From: a virus
DNA length: 64,000 bases
Strand: one strand, 5' to 3'
IMG/VR virus record: IMGVR_UViG_3300025133_000029
Coordinates: 1 to 64,000 of that record
The notes under the pieces were generated by a model. The model saw nothing but the letters and a program-made list of their open reading frames with translations. It ran no database searches and was not told where the DNA came from. How positions within the stretch are numbered: the first letter of the stretch is position 1; each line of letters begins with the position of its first letter. A program made the position numbers and the translations under genes. Of this stretch, positions 47,361 to 57,387 are shown one piece after another.

Positions 47361-47762
47361 ATGCGTAGAGTGTGTGTCTTTGGAGGAGCGGTTCTTTTTT
47401 TGTTTCTGCTTTTGTCTTGTAGGGTTCGGCAGAAGTTTGTTCAGGGCAAGACCGGTGTCCATTGTAATTCGATAAAAAACAACAAGAGATATAAGCGCGT
47501 AAAAAAGTCGTGCAATTATCATGTTAGAGAGCATATGCTTTCTATGGAGGCTTACTTTTCAGGATCCCTAAAGGTGTGCAAAAGGAGTCAGGTTTCACTT
47601 TATTATTTAGTAATGAACAAGTGCATAAAAATACTTATGGGGAAAGATTCCAGGTGTTCTGTTTTGGGCATAGAAATGTCGTTATTACCAAAGAATTGTA
47701 ACGAAATTGTTAATATGTTCTTTTTGTTCAAAGAGGAAGTGGAGAAGATACATTATGAGTGA
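47361..47762 (+). CDS. putative lipoprotein
   Basis: MRR plus a hydrophobic stretch and LLSC lipobox-like motif; Cys-rich. Confidence 0.45.
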   Translation: MRRVCVFGGAVLFLFLLLSCRVRQKFVQGKTGVHCNSIKNNKRYKRVKKSCNYHVREHMLSMEAYFSGSLKVCKRSQVSLYYLVMNKCIKILMGKDSRCSVLGIEMSLLPKNCNEIVNMFFLFKEEVEKIHYE

Positions 47763-48192
47763 GATACCTTTGCCTCCAACATATGATCGTATTTGTATTC
47801 AGCGTGGTCATCGTTACGAGGGGCAAGATGCTAAACTGGTGAGGTTTCGCGGTAACAATATTATTGTTGAATTTAAGGATGAGCATCAGGAGGAGTTTCA
47901 TCGTTCTTCTATGGTGACCAAAGGAGGCCCCAGAGCCAGAAGAGCAGCTAGGCTGGCCAAATCAAAGATGTCTGAAGAGACGCTAGCAGGCAAAATAAAG
48001 GATTTAATAATAAAGAGAGGGGGGATGCTTAAGCACGACATTATACATTTTTTCAAGGATCGAGCTTTGCGTGTGGAAGTGGAGTTTTGTATACAAAAAT
48101 GTAAAGATGACTATGGCTTGACAACCGACCCAAGGAAAGCAGATCCTAGAAAAGGGGGAAATGGGACGTTTTATTGCTTCCCCGAAGAATAG
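47755..48192 (+). CDS. hypothetical protein with SH3-like N-terminal module
   Basis: GGAG RBS; GQDAKLV...IIVEFKD...HRS. Confidence 0.5.
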   Translation: MSEIPLPPTYDRICIQRGHRYEGQDAKLVRFRGNNIIVEFKDEHQEEFHRSSMVTKGGPRARRAARLAKSKMSEETLAGKIKDLIIKRGGMLKHDIIHFFKDRALRVEVEFCIQKCKDDYGLTTDPRKADPRKGGNGTFYCFPEE

Positions 48193-48204
48193 GAGCGATT
48201 TGCA

Positions 48205-48627
48205 GTGGTTGGGGATGATGATTTTTCTGGGTTTGGATTCCCTGTTTTGGATGCGCCCAGTATATTACTTTCAGAGTTTGGTATAGAGGGTTTACCCTCC
48301 CGGCAAATGTCTTTAGGGGAAGGGGTTTGGTCTTGGGATAATTTGTCAGAGGATGAAATAGATACGTATGTATACTTTATGCAAGAGGGTGGGGAATCTG
48401 GACCGATCAAAATAGGGATTAGTCGAAATCCTTATAAAAGAAGATCGAAGTTACAGACAGGGAATTCGAAATATATTAGATTAGTGGCGTATAGAAAGGG
48501 TATGAGGTGTGATGAAGATAGGCTTCATTATCTTTTCGCAAGAGATCGAGAGCGTGGGGAATTTTTCAAACTATCCCAAGATTTGATAGACTTGCTTCGA
48601 GATTGGTTTGGTGAGGGGATTATTTAG
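48205..48627 (+). CDS. T5orf172/MUG113 GIY-YIG-like protein
   Basis: YVYFMQ...IKIGISRNP.KR...LQTGN...E..LH...GEFF. Confidence 0.8.
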   Translation: MVGDDDFSGFGFPVLDAPSILLSEFGIEGLPSRQMSLGEGVWSWDNLSEDEIDTYVYFMQEGGESGPIKIGISRNPYKRRSKLQTGNSKYIRLVAYRKGMRCDEDRLHYLFARDRERGEFFKLSQDLIDLLRDWFGEGII

Positions 48628-48892
48628 CGGGGTCTTTCAATTTTGGCTTTCTTGAACACAACAATGGTCGTCATGTGTCAGTGTCCTTATAGATATGGGG
48701 AAGCTGACTTGTATAAGACGATGGTGGTCTTAGAAGACAAGAGAGCTTGGTTTGAGTTAGGGGATCGAGCTTATATGATAATACTTGAGTTGCATGCACA
48801 TGTGATAAGGATGAGATGGTCGATGCCAGAAGGTTTCGACACATTAGTTCGCGGGATAGCAGACGAGGGGTTTTGGGGAATAAAATCGTAAA

Positions 48893-48909
48893 ACTTTAGA
48901 CTCTAAAGT
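48893..48909. repeat. variant palindrome copy with compensatory end changes
   Basis: (AA)ACTTTAGACTCTAAAGT(TT). Confidence 0.9.
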
Positions 48910-49052
48910 TTGATTGTATAAATAAAAGCTCTTGTGCAAGAAAAGTGTTTTTTGTATGATTGCACACAGCCCCATTCATACTGTGGCTATGTGACTTTTA
49001 TTTATATTCTATCGATTTTATAAATATCTCTCAGGCTTTGGAGAGTGCAAGT

Positions 49053-49436
49053 GTGTCCGAGAAAAAAACGGATAAGTCTATACATCTTGTTCCGGTGCCC
49101 GAGTCATTGGGGGGCGATGAGGAAGAGAATCAAAGGATAAAGAGGCGGCTTGGACTTGGAATTGATAATTATGCAACTCGTGAAGAAGCTCGATCTATCT
49201 TCCAGTTTAGGAAATTTTCTGCGCCTGTTCCCATAATCAAGGATGGTGAGGTTATTGGGATATACTTGCATAAAGGAAAGCGTCGTCGCTTTAGAGATAG
49301 GTATTGTGATCTTTGCAATAAACAACTGGAAACAAGTCCAAAGATAACAGACCATAGTGATCCTTCGATGCCTTTATATTTTTGTTCTGAAGAGTGTGCG
49401 GATTCCTGGAGATTGGACGAGGAGATTGGAATATAA
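49053..49436 (+). CDS. TRASH/MYM-type zinc-finger protein
   Basis: CDLC...YFCSEEC. Confidence 0.55.
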   Translation: MSEKKTDKSIHLVPVPESLGGDEEENQRIKRRLGLGIDNYATREEARSIFQFRKFSAPVPIIKDGEVIGIYLHKGKRRRFRDRYCDLCNKQLETSPKITDHSDPSMPLYFCSEECADSWRLDEEIGI

Positions 49437-51055
49437 TGTCAAAAAGTGTTTGGTTCGTTCGTCGTTGTCGGGGTGAGAGGGCGGGGCTTTGTCCTTCGCG
49501 GTTTATTAAGGGTCGGCATATAATTGCTTCTGATGGGATGGAGGCAATAAAGTTGTATCTATTTCACTATAATGGTTGGGTAGAGAGTTCACTTGGTGCA
49601 GTAGAGCATTCTCATGTTTTTGAAAACTATACATCGGGAATTCGTTGGGACATTAAGGTTTACTCAGAGGGTCTGAAAAGAGAACCCCTCCTCCTCCTGG
49701 CGCAGTGTATGTTTTCTTTTGATGGGAAAAAGAAAGAGAGAGTTTTTCTGTGGCCGAGTGATGATAGTGCCGATATGGCAACGACTCCTGGGCTACATGT
49801 TTCCTTTCCTTCTATTTCTTCAGATATTGAAGAGATGGTTGCTTCGCTAGGAGTTGGATTTTATTCTGGTAAGGTTTATTCAGAAAATCCGATGTCGTAT
49901 AAGCACGATGTTGTTTTGGCGGAAAGTGAAGTCGGCGTTGCGAAATTGCTATACGTAGATGCTACAGAAGTTCAAGATTTGGATCCGAGTTTGCTTGAGG
50001 AGCGATCGGGAGAGTACTCGAGTAGGGGATCTGTTTTGCAGATAGATGTTTTTCCCCATCAAAATGTTTATACTTTTGCGCAAGTTTCTGCAGATCAACA
50101 TTCTCTTCGGAGTTCAGTGTTTGAGGATCTGGGGGTTCCCCCGCTGGGGAGTGCGGCGTTTACGGAGGGTGTTGCAGAGGGGATGTATCCAAAGCAGCCT
50201 CTTTACTCTGGGGAGAGTATGCTAATCAAACGATCGGATGAGGTTCCAACAGAGCATCGTGTCTGGCGTTTTGGTGATAAGGATCGAGATAAGGAGATAT
50301 TTACAAGAGGAGGTTTGCGGGTTGTCGATGTCAGTGTCGGGGAGAAGCCTTGCTATCTATGGAAGGTTGTCCTAGATGTGTTGTGGGCAGGGGAGAAGAA
50401 GTCATACGCGGCAGTACTACTTGCGGGGAGTGGTGAAGATGCAGTTGTTTCTTATTTTACTCACTTCTTTAAACATCTCCCCTTTCGCTCGGAAACTCCT
50501 TTTGTTTTAGAGGATTTGGTTACATCGCAAGTATTATGTCTTAATCGATCGAATAGTTCTTTCTGCATCGAAGCATCGAGAATTACTCATGGAAAGGGTG
50601 AGTGGGGTGAGGCGCCTGCAGACTTTGCTTGTGAGGGGGAGAGTGGGATTTCTTTGCTAGAAGAGGCAAGGGATCGACAGGATGGTGGAGACATGGGTCT
50701 GTATATTACCGTTTTGTATACCACGACCAATAGGAGAAAGGGCTACATCCGAAGTTATGCAAAGTCACCCATACAGGCGGCAGCGTTATCGTTGGTTCAT
50801 TGGACAGCAGTCCTCCCCAAGATTGGTGACGGAGCTTTGTATAACATGGGCGATCTGCAGACATCTTTACATGGGAAGGATTGCGACATCGTTCCTGCTG
50901 GGAAGATGTATGATGTGTTGGCAGAGTACACTGGCCTGCCAACACGACATGATTGCATTGAGTGTGAAGGAGATATCTTGGCAGGGCGGGTAGGGGAGCC
51001 GGAGAAGGATGGGGAAGAGTCTGTGGAATCTGTGAAAAATGGAGAAAATCTTTAG
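49436..51055 (+). CDS. hypothetical protein
   Basis: 539-aa ORF whose stop lies in the palindrome. Confidence 0.65.
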   Translation: MSKSVWFVRRCRGERAGLCPSRFIKGRHIIASDGMEAIKLYLFHYNGWVESSLGAVEHSHVFENYTSGIRWDIKVYSEGLKREPLLLLAQCMFSFDGKKKERVFLWPSDDSADMATTPGLHVSFPSISSDIEEMVASLGVGFYSGKVYSENPMSYKHDVVLAESEVGVAKLLYVDATEVQDLDPSLLEERSGEYSSRGSVLQIDVFPHQNVYTFAQVSADQHSLRSSVFEDLGVPPLGSAAFTEGVAEGMYPKQPLYSGESMLIKRSDEVPTEHRVWRFGDKDRDKEIFTRGGLRVVDVSVGEKPCYLWKVVLDVLWAGEKKSYAAVLLAGSGEDAVVSYFTHFFKHLPFRSETPFVLEDLVTSQVLCLNRSNSSFCIEASRITHGKGEWGEAPADFACEGESGISLLEEARDRQDGGDMGLYITVLYTTTNRRKGYIRSYAKSPIQAAALSLVHWTAVLPKIGDGALYNMGDLQTSLHGKDCDIVPAGKMYDVLAEYTGLPTRHDCIECEGDILAGRVGEPEKDGEESVESVKNGENL

Positions 51056-51065
51056 ACTCTAAAGA
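51049..51065. repeat. 17-bp dispersed palindrome, copy 12
   Basis: TCTTTAGACTCTAAAGA between convergent genes. Confidence 0.95.
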
Positions 51066-52237
51066 TCCTTCCTTTTAAATATTCCAGAGATGAAAGTGTG
51101 AAATCTTCTCCAGAGTGTTGGTTTATTTGTGAGAAGCAATCTTGTTGTGAGTTGATTATTGCTTCGCTCGAGGGTTTCGTTGTGTTCGACAAGTGTTTGT
51201 ATTGTTTTGGCAAGTCTTCTGATGAAGTCTCGTTTTTTGTGTCCCTCGCCTGCCTCATCAATGCTTCTTGGTGTGAGCGATGGGTTGATGTCTGCGGGTA
51301 GGTTTTCTATGAAGCCATAGGCTTGGAAGAAGGGCTTTTTGTCTTGGGGAGACCATCTTTCGAGTTCTACTGTGCCTATATGCATATGCTCCATTACAAA
51401 TAAGGAGTATGCCAGCTCTTCTTGGGATAGAAGCTTTAAGGTTTCGAACTCATCTCCTCTGATGCCGAGATGTATTGACTTTGTTCGCGGGTCGTCTGGG
51501 TCCTCAGCAAAGATAAGAGGATTGGTGGCATCTCCCACATAAGGTCTTCTTGTGGGAACAGAGATCTCTTGTTTTTCTGGTGGATTGAAGGTGATGCTTT
51601 CGTGATGTTTCTCAATTAGCCCGAAGCTTTTGTTGTCGGTGATCGCTTCGGGGTCTGTGACTTTCCCAGTTTCCGCTTGTTTTACTCTAAAGTTTGGTCG
51701 CGGCTTGCCAAGGGCGGTCTGCTGCGCAGCAGTTGCGGAGAGGACGTTTGGTTTTGCTCTATAGGTTCGTATGGGGCCACGACTGACTTGGTTATTGTCT
51801 TCTTCTACTTTGTGAAATTGTTCGGCAAACTTTTCTAAGGATCTATGATCTTCCAGGAGAAGTTGGATTCGATATTTTATTTTGGGGTTACTGCTTTGGT
51901 TGTAAAGGAGGACAAGGTCTTCAATAGCTCCTAATCGAGCGATGTAGGACGGAGGATATGTTTCGGTGATGGCTTTGCTTTTTGTTATATTCCCAGGAGG
52001 TATTTCTATCTCCAGATCTGGCTCTGGGAGTATTAGCTTTGTTTTGTCTGATGTCGGTGGTATGTGAGGAAGCCACGGTTCTATTATCTCATAAACCGAT
52101 GGATTCTCGCTTGGAAATCCATTAGTTTCTATCACTTTCAGCACGTCTTCGTATGCTCCAGATGTTTCTGGAATGGTGACAGTCTTTAAGGTGTTGTCGT
52201 TTTGAAGGACTTCGGGTTTCTTTGTTTCGTTGGACAT
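51059..52237 (-). CDS. hypothetical protein (only credible minus-strand gene)
   Basis: 392 aa, AGGAG RBS on the minus strand, no competing long + strand ORF. Confidence 0.75.
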   Translation of the reverse strand: MSNETKKPEVLQNDNTLKTVTIPETSGAYEDVLKVIETNGFPSENPSVYEIIEPWLPHIPPTSDKTKLILPEPDLEIEIPPGNITKSKAITETYPPSYIARLGAIEDLVLLYNQSSNPKIKYRIQLLLEDHRSLEKFAEQFHKVEEDNNQVSRGPIRTYRAKPNVLSATAAQQTALGKPRPNFRVKQAETGKVTDPEAITDNKSFGLIEKHHESITFNPPEKQEISVPTRRPYVGDATNPLIFAEDPDDPRTKSIHLGIRGDEFETLKLLSQEELAYSLFVMEHMHIGTVELERWSPQDKKPFFQAYGFIENLPADINPSLTPRSIDEAGEGHKKRDFIRRLAKTIQTLVEHNETLERSNNQLTTRLLLTNKPTLWRRFHTFISGIFKRKDL

Positions 52238-52271
52238 CTTAGGTCTCCTGTTCTGGTTTCTTGGTGGTTGA

Positions 52272-52340
52272 TTCTTATTAGAGAGTTGATTTTTTTTCTA
52301 ATAAGAAAAACCTTGAGTTTCTAGAGAAGTTTAGTATCTT
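52272..52340. promoter_or_regulatory. divergent promoter region with inverted repeat
   Basis: TTCTTATTAGA...TCTAATAAGAA (52272-52307); TTGAGT-16 bp-TATCTT. Confidence 0.4.
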
Positions 52341-52392
52341 CTGGTTATAGATGTAATGCTTTTTTCAGTTTGAGCAAGAAGGAGACCTTCTG

Positions 52393-53082
52393 ATGTCCAC
52401 GATCCCCAAGAGGAAGAAAGACAAGAGTGCTTCTGGTCAGCCCGACGTAGAATATCGAAGAGATGGCCACGGGAACATAGTGGGGCAAATCCACGTCCCT
52501 GCCGCCACTCCAGTAGAGGATGGTGTGTTAGTGGTGGATGATGTGGAGGAGCGAAAGAGGGAGGAGACTGAAGAGAGGCTTCGCCCTATGGACGTGGCTC
52601 CATTGGGGGGAGCAGAATTGATGTTAGCGCTGCTTCTCTTTCAACAAATCACAGTAAAGCAGATGGAGGTTGTGATTCAGGAGAAGCCCGATTCCATTGG
52701 AGCTATTAGTGGGACGTTGGAATTTGTTGTGGATGACGAGGAGATATTAGCAGGTCTTGTGACTTTGGCAGACAGTCGTCAACAGAGTTTCACTGAGATG
52801 TTTTCTTTGATGTCTTCGGAAGATTTTCAAAAACTTCTTCGGGGATTGTCGAGTATTACTGCGGCGTGGTCGGCGAGAATAAATCATCTGACGGAACAGA
52901 ATCAACAGCTATTTGCGATGTTGGAGATGGCGAAGGCAGAGGTGGAGCGTCAAGACGGTATGGAGAGAACAGAAGCGGGTATTCTGGTTCCGGCAGGTCT
53001 GCATCAGCGTGTCGAATCTGAGTCTGAGGATGGAGAGAATGGTAAAAAAGAGGGTGTTACGAGCGATCTCATAATTGCATAA
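52393..53082 (+). CDS. hypothetical protein
   Basis: AAGGAG RBS; coiled coil. Confidence 0.65.
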   Translation: MSTIPKRKKDKSASGQPDVEYRRDGHGNIVGQIHVPAATPVEDGVLVVDDVEERKREETEERLRPMDVAPLGGAELMLALLLFQQITVKQMEVVIQEKPDSIGAISGTLEFVVDDEEILAGLVTLADSRQQSFTEMFSLMSSEDFQKLLRGLSSITAAWSARINHLTEQNQQLFAMLEMAKAEVERQDGMERTEAGILVPAGLHQRVESESEDGENGKKEGVTSDLIIA

Positions 53083-53104
53083 ATAGAGATAGAGGTTATT
53101 CATT

Positions 53105-53689
53105 ATGGTTAGCGACGTTATGTTTTCTTCTAAGAATGATAATTGGGCCACTCCCGATGATTTCTATGAGAAAGTGGATAGTATATTCTCTTTCTCTTTA
53201 GATGTTTGTGCATCTACTAGTAACGCAAAATGTTCGGTTTTTTACACCGAAAGCGACGATGGCCTCACGAAGCCATGGTTCGGCACATGCTGGATGAATC
53301 CTCCCTATTCTGATGTGATGTCTTGGATAGCAAAGGCACAGCAGGTGGGGCAACGTGATGGTGATACCGTTGTTTGCTTGGTCCCATCGAGAACAGAGAC
53401 ACGCTGGTGGCAGCTTTTTGTGAAGCATGCACAGTGTGTTGTTCATATTCGTGGTCGTCTGCAATTTAGGAGCGACGATGATGACGCCAACAGCAATCAC
53501 TCTGCTCCATTTCCTTCGAGCTTGGTTATTTTTCGAAAGAATCCTCTAACGGAAGATGAACTCGAGTCCTTGTCGGAACTGGGGCATGTTGTGATAACGT
53601 ATCATCCATCTTCCGTCTTGGTGGTTGAGGGTAAGAAAAAAACTCAATCTGACTTAGATTGGGAAAAAACATTTATGCAATGGCCATAA
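53105..53689 (+). CDS. phage DNA N6-adenine methyltransferase (Dam_2/PF05869 type)
   Basis: WATP, LDVCA, WMNPPYS, PSRTET.WW, RGRLQF and APFPS. Confidence 0.9.
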   Translation: MVSDVMFSSKNDNWATPDDFYEKVDSIFSFSLDVCASTSNAKCSVFYTESDDGLTKPWFGTCWMNPPYSDVMSWIAKAQQVGQRDGDTVVCLVPSRTETRWWQLFVKHAQCVVHIRGRLQFRSDDDDANSNHSAPFPSSLVIFRKNPLTEDELESLSELGHVVITYHPSSVLVVEGKKKTQSDLDWEKTFMQWP

Positions 53690-53708
53690 TTTCGCATGGA
53701 GTCTAATA

Positions 53709-54308
53709 ATGAAGTCTAGCTTAGAGATTGATTGGTCTTGGTTTAAAAAGATAAAAGAAAAGGAGGGGGCATCTTTCTCTTTGGGACTTCTGGGTAGGCC
53801 ATACGAAATTAGCAATGAGCGTCGTCTCTTTGGTGCTGCGTCTCGTTACTGGGCTGTTCAGATAGAGTGGGGAATTCCTTCGGAACAGTTATTCACAACA
53901 GAAGACATCCAACCTCGCTGGGATGATAATAAAATTGCTGAGGAAGAGACAGTTCTTCTTTTAACTGAGAGAGAATTTGGGAATGTCATCACGAGGGGGC
54001 TAAGAAACAGAGAGGATTTCGAATCGTATATTGGGGGAGTAGAAGATACTAATGAATTGCTAGGCAAGGCGGTTTTTAAAAACAATGAGGACCCCCGACC
54101 AGCAGCCCTGAAGCATTATTGGTATGTGCTTATTGAGTTTCCTTATGCATGTTTTGTGCAAGATAGTTTTCAATTTGCAGCGGGGAATGAAACACTTTTG
54201 CTTTTAACTCCACATGAGATGGAAGGAGCTTTGTATCGATCCGCGAGGAATCCTGAAGATATAATTTCGTTCTTACGGGAACATTCTTCTGAGGATTTGG
54301 TTGACTAG
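53709..54308 (+). CDS. hypothetical protein with internal duplication
   Basis: Two units of YW.V.IE...ET.LLLT..E.....R..RN.ED. Confidence 0.65.
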   Translation: MKSSLEIDWSWFKKIKEKEGASFSLGLLGRPYEISNERRLFGAASRYWAVQIEWGIPSEQLFTTEDIQPRWDDNKIAEEETVLLLTEREFGNVITRGLRNREDFESYIGGVEDTNELLGKAVFKNNEDPRPAALKHYWYVLIEFPYACFVQDSFQFAAGNETLLLLTPHEMEGALYRSARNPEDIISFLREHSSEDLVD

Positions 54309-54311
54309 AAA

Positions 54312-54328
54312 TCTTTAGACTCTAAAGA
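54312..54328. repeat. 17-bp dispersed palindrome, copy 13
   Basis: TCTTTAGACTCTAAAGA. Confidence 0.95.
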
Positions 54329-54333
54329 TTTTC

Positions 54334-55269
54334 TTGAGGAGGTATTTTATCTTGTCAGATAACAGAGGCGGTGAATTCTTAACTTCAGAATCTTTTGAAG
54401 TGGATCAGTTGATTTTTGAAGGGGGTTTTGCTTATAAGGAGAGGGATGAAATAAAAAGCTCATTCTTGCCACATACAATGGATGGGATTTTAGATGGAAA
54501 AGAGACTCTCAGCGTTGAGGTCCAAGACGCATTAAGCAGAACATCGGCTAAGTCATCTTTTCTAGAAGCTCGAAAACGAGTAATGAAAACTCTTGGAGTG
54601 GAGGAGTCTGCGGGGGTTGTTCTCATGACAGACAGCTTGAGGGAGATTGGTGCAAAGCATCCACGTAAAAAAGAAAGCTCAATAAGAAGATCAGATTTAT
54701 TTAAACCAAGCAGTATAGAATATAGCCGATGTGGTTCGTGTTGTGAGTCGTTTACTCTTTCATTGTCTCATAAAAGTCATGCAATGGTGTTAGAGGCATT
54801 AAGTAATGGAACTTCTCCAATTAGAATAGAAGTTAGCAACGATGATGGAACTTATGGACCAGAAACAAGAGAAGTCTCTTTTTTTGAAGATCTTTTAAAT
54901 TGGTTTCAAAATATTGTGCCTATCCCATTAGAGGAGGCATGGTCGAGAATGTTGGTATCACCAGGACATTACGAGGCTTCTGGCATTAATGCTTATCGAT
55001 GCCAGCTTTTTGTTAGAGATGAAGAGACTGGTCTAGGGGAATGCACCATACATGAAGAACGTCCTCGTGTTTGTCGCGAATTCCGCCCATATTCTGATGG
55101 TGGTTATTTGAGATCTAGAGGAGGAAATCCATACGTAGAGTGCAGTTATAGGATACATCACAATGAAGAACAGTCGGAGGTGTATAGACATTTATTAAAT
55201 AGATTTGTGGAAACGGACTTAACAACAAACCCATACGATGTGCTAGATGGAGAGGGTGTAGAAGAATGA
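54334..55269 (+). CDS. YkgJ/CxxCxxCC-family Cys-cluster protein
   Basis: SRCGSCC...C.LF...CTIHEERPRVCREF. Confidence 0.7.
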   Translation: MRRYFILSDNRGGEFLTSESFEVDQLIFEGGFAYKERDEIKSSFLPHTMDGILDGKETLSVEVQDALSRTSAKSSFLEARKRVMKTLGVEESAGVVLMTDSLREIGAKHPRKKESSIRRSDLFKPSSIEYSRCGSCCESFTLSLSHKSHAMVLEALSNGTSPIRIEVSNDDGTYGPETREVSFFEDLLNWFQNIVPIPLEEAWSRMLVSPGHYEASGINAYRCQLFVRDEETGLGECTIHEERPRVCREFRPYSDGGYLRSRGGNPYVECSYRIHHNEEQSEVYRHLLNRFVETDLTTNPYDVLDGEGVEE

Positions 55270-55712
55270 GTGATAAAGAAAATAAAGAAGTGGAAACGTT
55301 TGAAACAACATCGGACAATCGTGAGGAGGAGTTGGATGAGATCCAATCGATTCTTTCGAAAGTTTCAGAAAGTAGGTCAGAGCTTCCAGATAATGAGATA
55401 GAAGATCGGTGGAGTGCAGCTCAAGAATTAGTTTTTGTTGTTGCCGAAGCTCTTACCAGTGAAGAAGAGGATGTTAGAGGGGCAGCTTTTCAATCTCTGA
55501 TGGCAATGGGTGATGTTGCTTTATCTATTCTTCCGAATCTTAGAGATATTATGCAGAGTCCCAATTTCGGAGATTTGACAAAGAAAAATAGAATACAGCT
55601 TTTAGCTTTGGCGGGTCATTTGATACGATTGCAAAAGAGGGCGATGGAACAGTTTGGTGGTTTCAATGCATCCAAAGGTTCTCCGCGGACATATGTAGGG
55701 GTTTCAAGCTAA
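55266..55712 (+). CDS. helical (HEAT-like) hypothetical protein
   Basis: EALTSEEEDVRGAAFQSL. Confidence 0.5.
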   Translation: MSDKENKEVETFETTSDNREEELDEIQSILSKVSESRSELPDNEIEDRWSAAQELVFVVAEALTSEEEDVRGAAFQSLMAMGDVALSILPNLRDIMQSPNFGDLTKKNRIQLLALAGHLIRLQKRAMEQFGGFNASKGSPRTYVGVSS

Positions 55713-55726
55713 GGAGAATAGTTTTC

Positions 55727-56548
55727 ATGCCGCAACTTTTAAGTATACCCAACAAAGAGTTTTATCCGGATTCAGTAGACAAGTTCAAGTCTTTATTGCC
55801 GGATCCAGACACTTTGGATGATTATCAATATTGTGTCTATGAGTGGATGTGCAAGATGTTCGAAGAACAGCTTCGCCGTCGCGCCATTTATAGATGGGTT
55901 GCTGGTCATGAGGGTTGTTTGTGGACACATACTTATGAAGGTGCAAAAAAACCTTTCATGAAGGCACACCAAGGAAATCCTTCATGGACATTCTGTACAG
56001 GCGTTTCGCTCGAGTTGTTTTATTTATCTTGGAAAACATGGATGGGTGAATTCTATGGTTCTGAGATAGACATGCATCACGATTTCATATGGACTGTGAG
56101 GGGGCATTTTGAAAGATGGAAGTCTCCACCCCAGGAGCCATATTATCGTGGCGCAGGAGGGGGCTTTGAGGCCCTGCAGGGGCACTTAGAGGAGAGGTGG
56201 AAGAAGTATGGGGAGTCCGAAGGGGAAGATGTGGGCTCAATGGATTGGGTGAAGTTTTCGCACCACCAAGACTTAGACAGTGCTCGCTTCGGTTCGGTTG
56301 TTCAGTTCCGTCGCACTACAGGAAAAATGGGCAAGGGGCATGCGGCGGTTTTGATAGGTATGGAAGATCGCGGAAAGTACAGGGCTTTGCGTGTTTTTAA
56401 TTCTAACTACGATTATGCGTTAGATTATAATTTTGGAAAGGTTTCTCCCAATGGTGGCATTGGGGTGACGTGGTACCAAGAGAATAAGCCATATAGTGAT
56501 GGGACTTATAGAGCTTCTGAGTATGGGACATTGATCATCCCTGAATAG
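55727..56548 (+). CDS. hypothetical protein, possible NlpC/P60-CHAP-like Cys-His hydrolase
   Basis: TFCTG ... GSVVQF...GHAAVL...VFNSN. Confidence 0.4.
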   Translation: MPQLLSIPNKEFYPDSVDKFKSLLPDPDTLDDYQYCVYEWMCKMFEEQLRRRAIYRWVAGHEGCLWTHTYEGAKKPFMKAHQGNPSWTFCTGVSLELFYLSWKTWMGEFYGSEIDMHHDFIWTVRGHFERWKSPPQEPYYRGAGGGFEALQGHLEERWKKYGESEGEDVGSMDWVKFSHHQDLDSARFGSVVQFRRTTGKMGKGHAAVLIGMEDRGKYRALRVFNSNYDYALDYNFGKVSPNGGIGVTWYQENKPYSDGTYRASEYGTLIIPE

Positions 56549-56629
56549 TTCCTTTTTTTTGACATATTTTTGTTTATATCCTTTTTAGTTTGGAGTGTTT
56601 TTTTACTCCACAAAAAGAGGAACATTTAT

Positions 56630-57370
56630 ATGTTTAGATCTGGAGACTTCCCTGGAAAGTTGTTTGTTTTTGAGGGTCCTGATGGGGTTGGTAAAACATC
56701 TTTGTCGAAATATGCGCATGCGAAACTACTTGATTTACATGATAATGGTGGGTGGTTCCCAGGAGCGACTCGAATTCTTTGGATGCGCCAACCCACGACA
56801 CGTTGGCGTGAGAAAATAAAGGAAGCGGATCCAAAGAACTGGCTCCAGGTTCTCTATATGTTTATGCGAGATAGGGAGAGGCAGTGGGAGGAGGAGCTTC
56901 GACCTGCGCTGGAAGATCGATGCATTGTTGTGATGGATCGGTATTTTTTGTCGAGCCTTGTTTACCAGGGGCTTTGTTTTTCTGCGATGTTTCGTGGGGA
57001 GCTAGAACATGCAGACAAGTTGAGGTATCAAAGAAATGTCTATGACATAATAAGAGGTCATAGCGATTTCGTTGTTCATCCTTATATGACTTTTGTTGTA
57101 GATGAGGATGATTTGATTATTCATGAGCGGCTTCAGGCTTCTCGTGGGGATACTATTGACGTTTTTGACGAAAACTCTATACAGACTCGAGTTAGAGAAA
57201 TTTATCGATATTTGTTGAGTTGGGACATAGATGATTGCTTAGAGGTGGGTCTTCCGACAATGACGACTATACACGGTCGAGGCAGATCAATAGAATCGAT
57301 ATTTGAAGATGATTTGCGAGGGATGTTGATAAGGGCCTTGGGGTATACTAAATTGGCTTCCCCTATTTAA
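56630..57370 (+). CDS. tmk: thymidylate kinase
   Basis: FEGPDGVGKTS, RQP and MDRYFLSSLVYQG. Confidence 0.88.
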   Translation: MFRSGDFPGKLFVFEGPDGVGKTSLSKYAHAKLLDLHDNGGWFPGATRILWMRQPTTRWREKIKEADPKNWLQVLYMFMRDRERQWEEELRPALEDRCIVVMDRYFLSSLVYQGLCFSAMFRGELEHADKLRYQRNVYDIIRGHSDFVVHPYMTFVVDEDDLIIHERLQASRGDTIDVFDENSIQTRVREIYRYLLSWDIDDCLEVGLPTMTTIHGRGRSIESIFEDDLRGMLIRALGYTKLASPI

Positions 57371-57387
57371 AAAGAGATGTAATTGTT

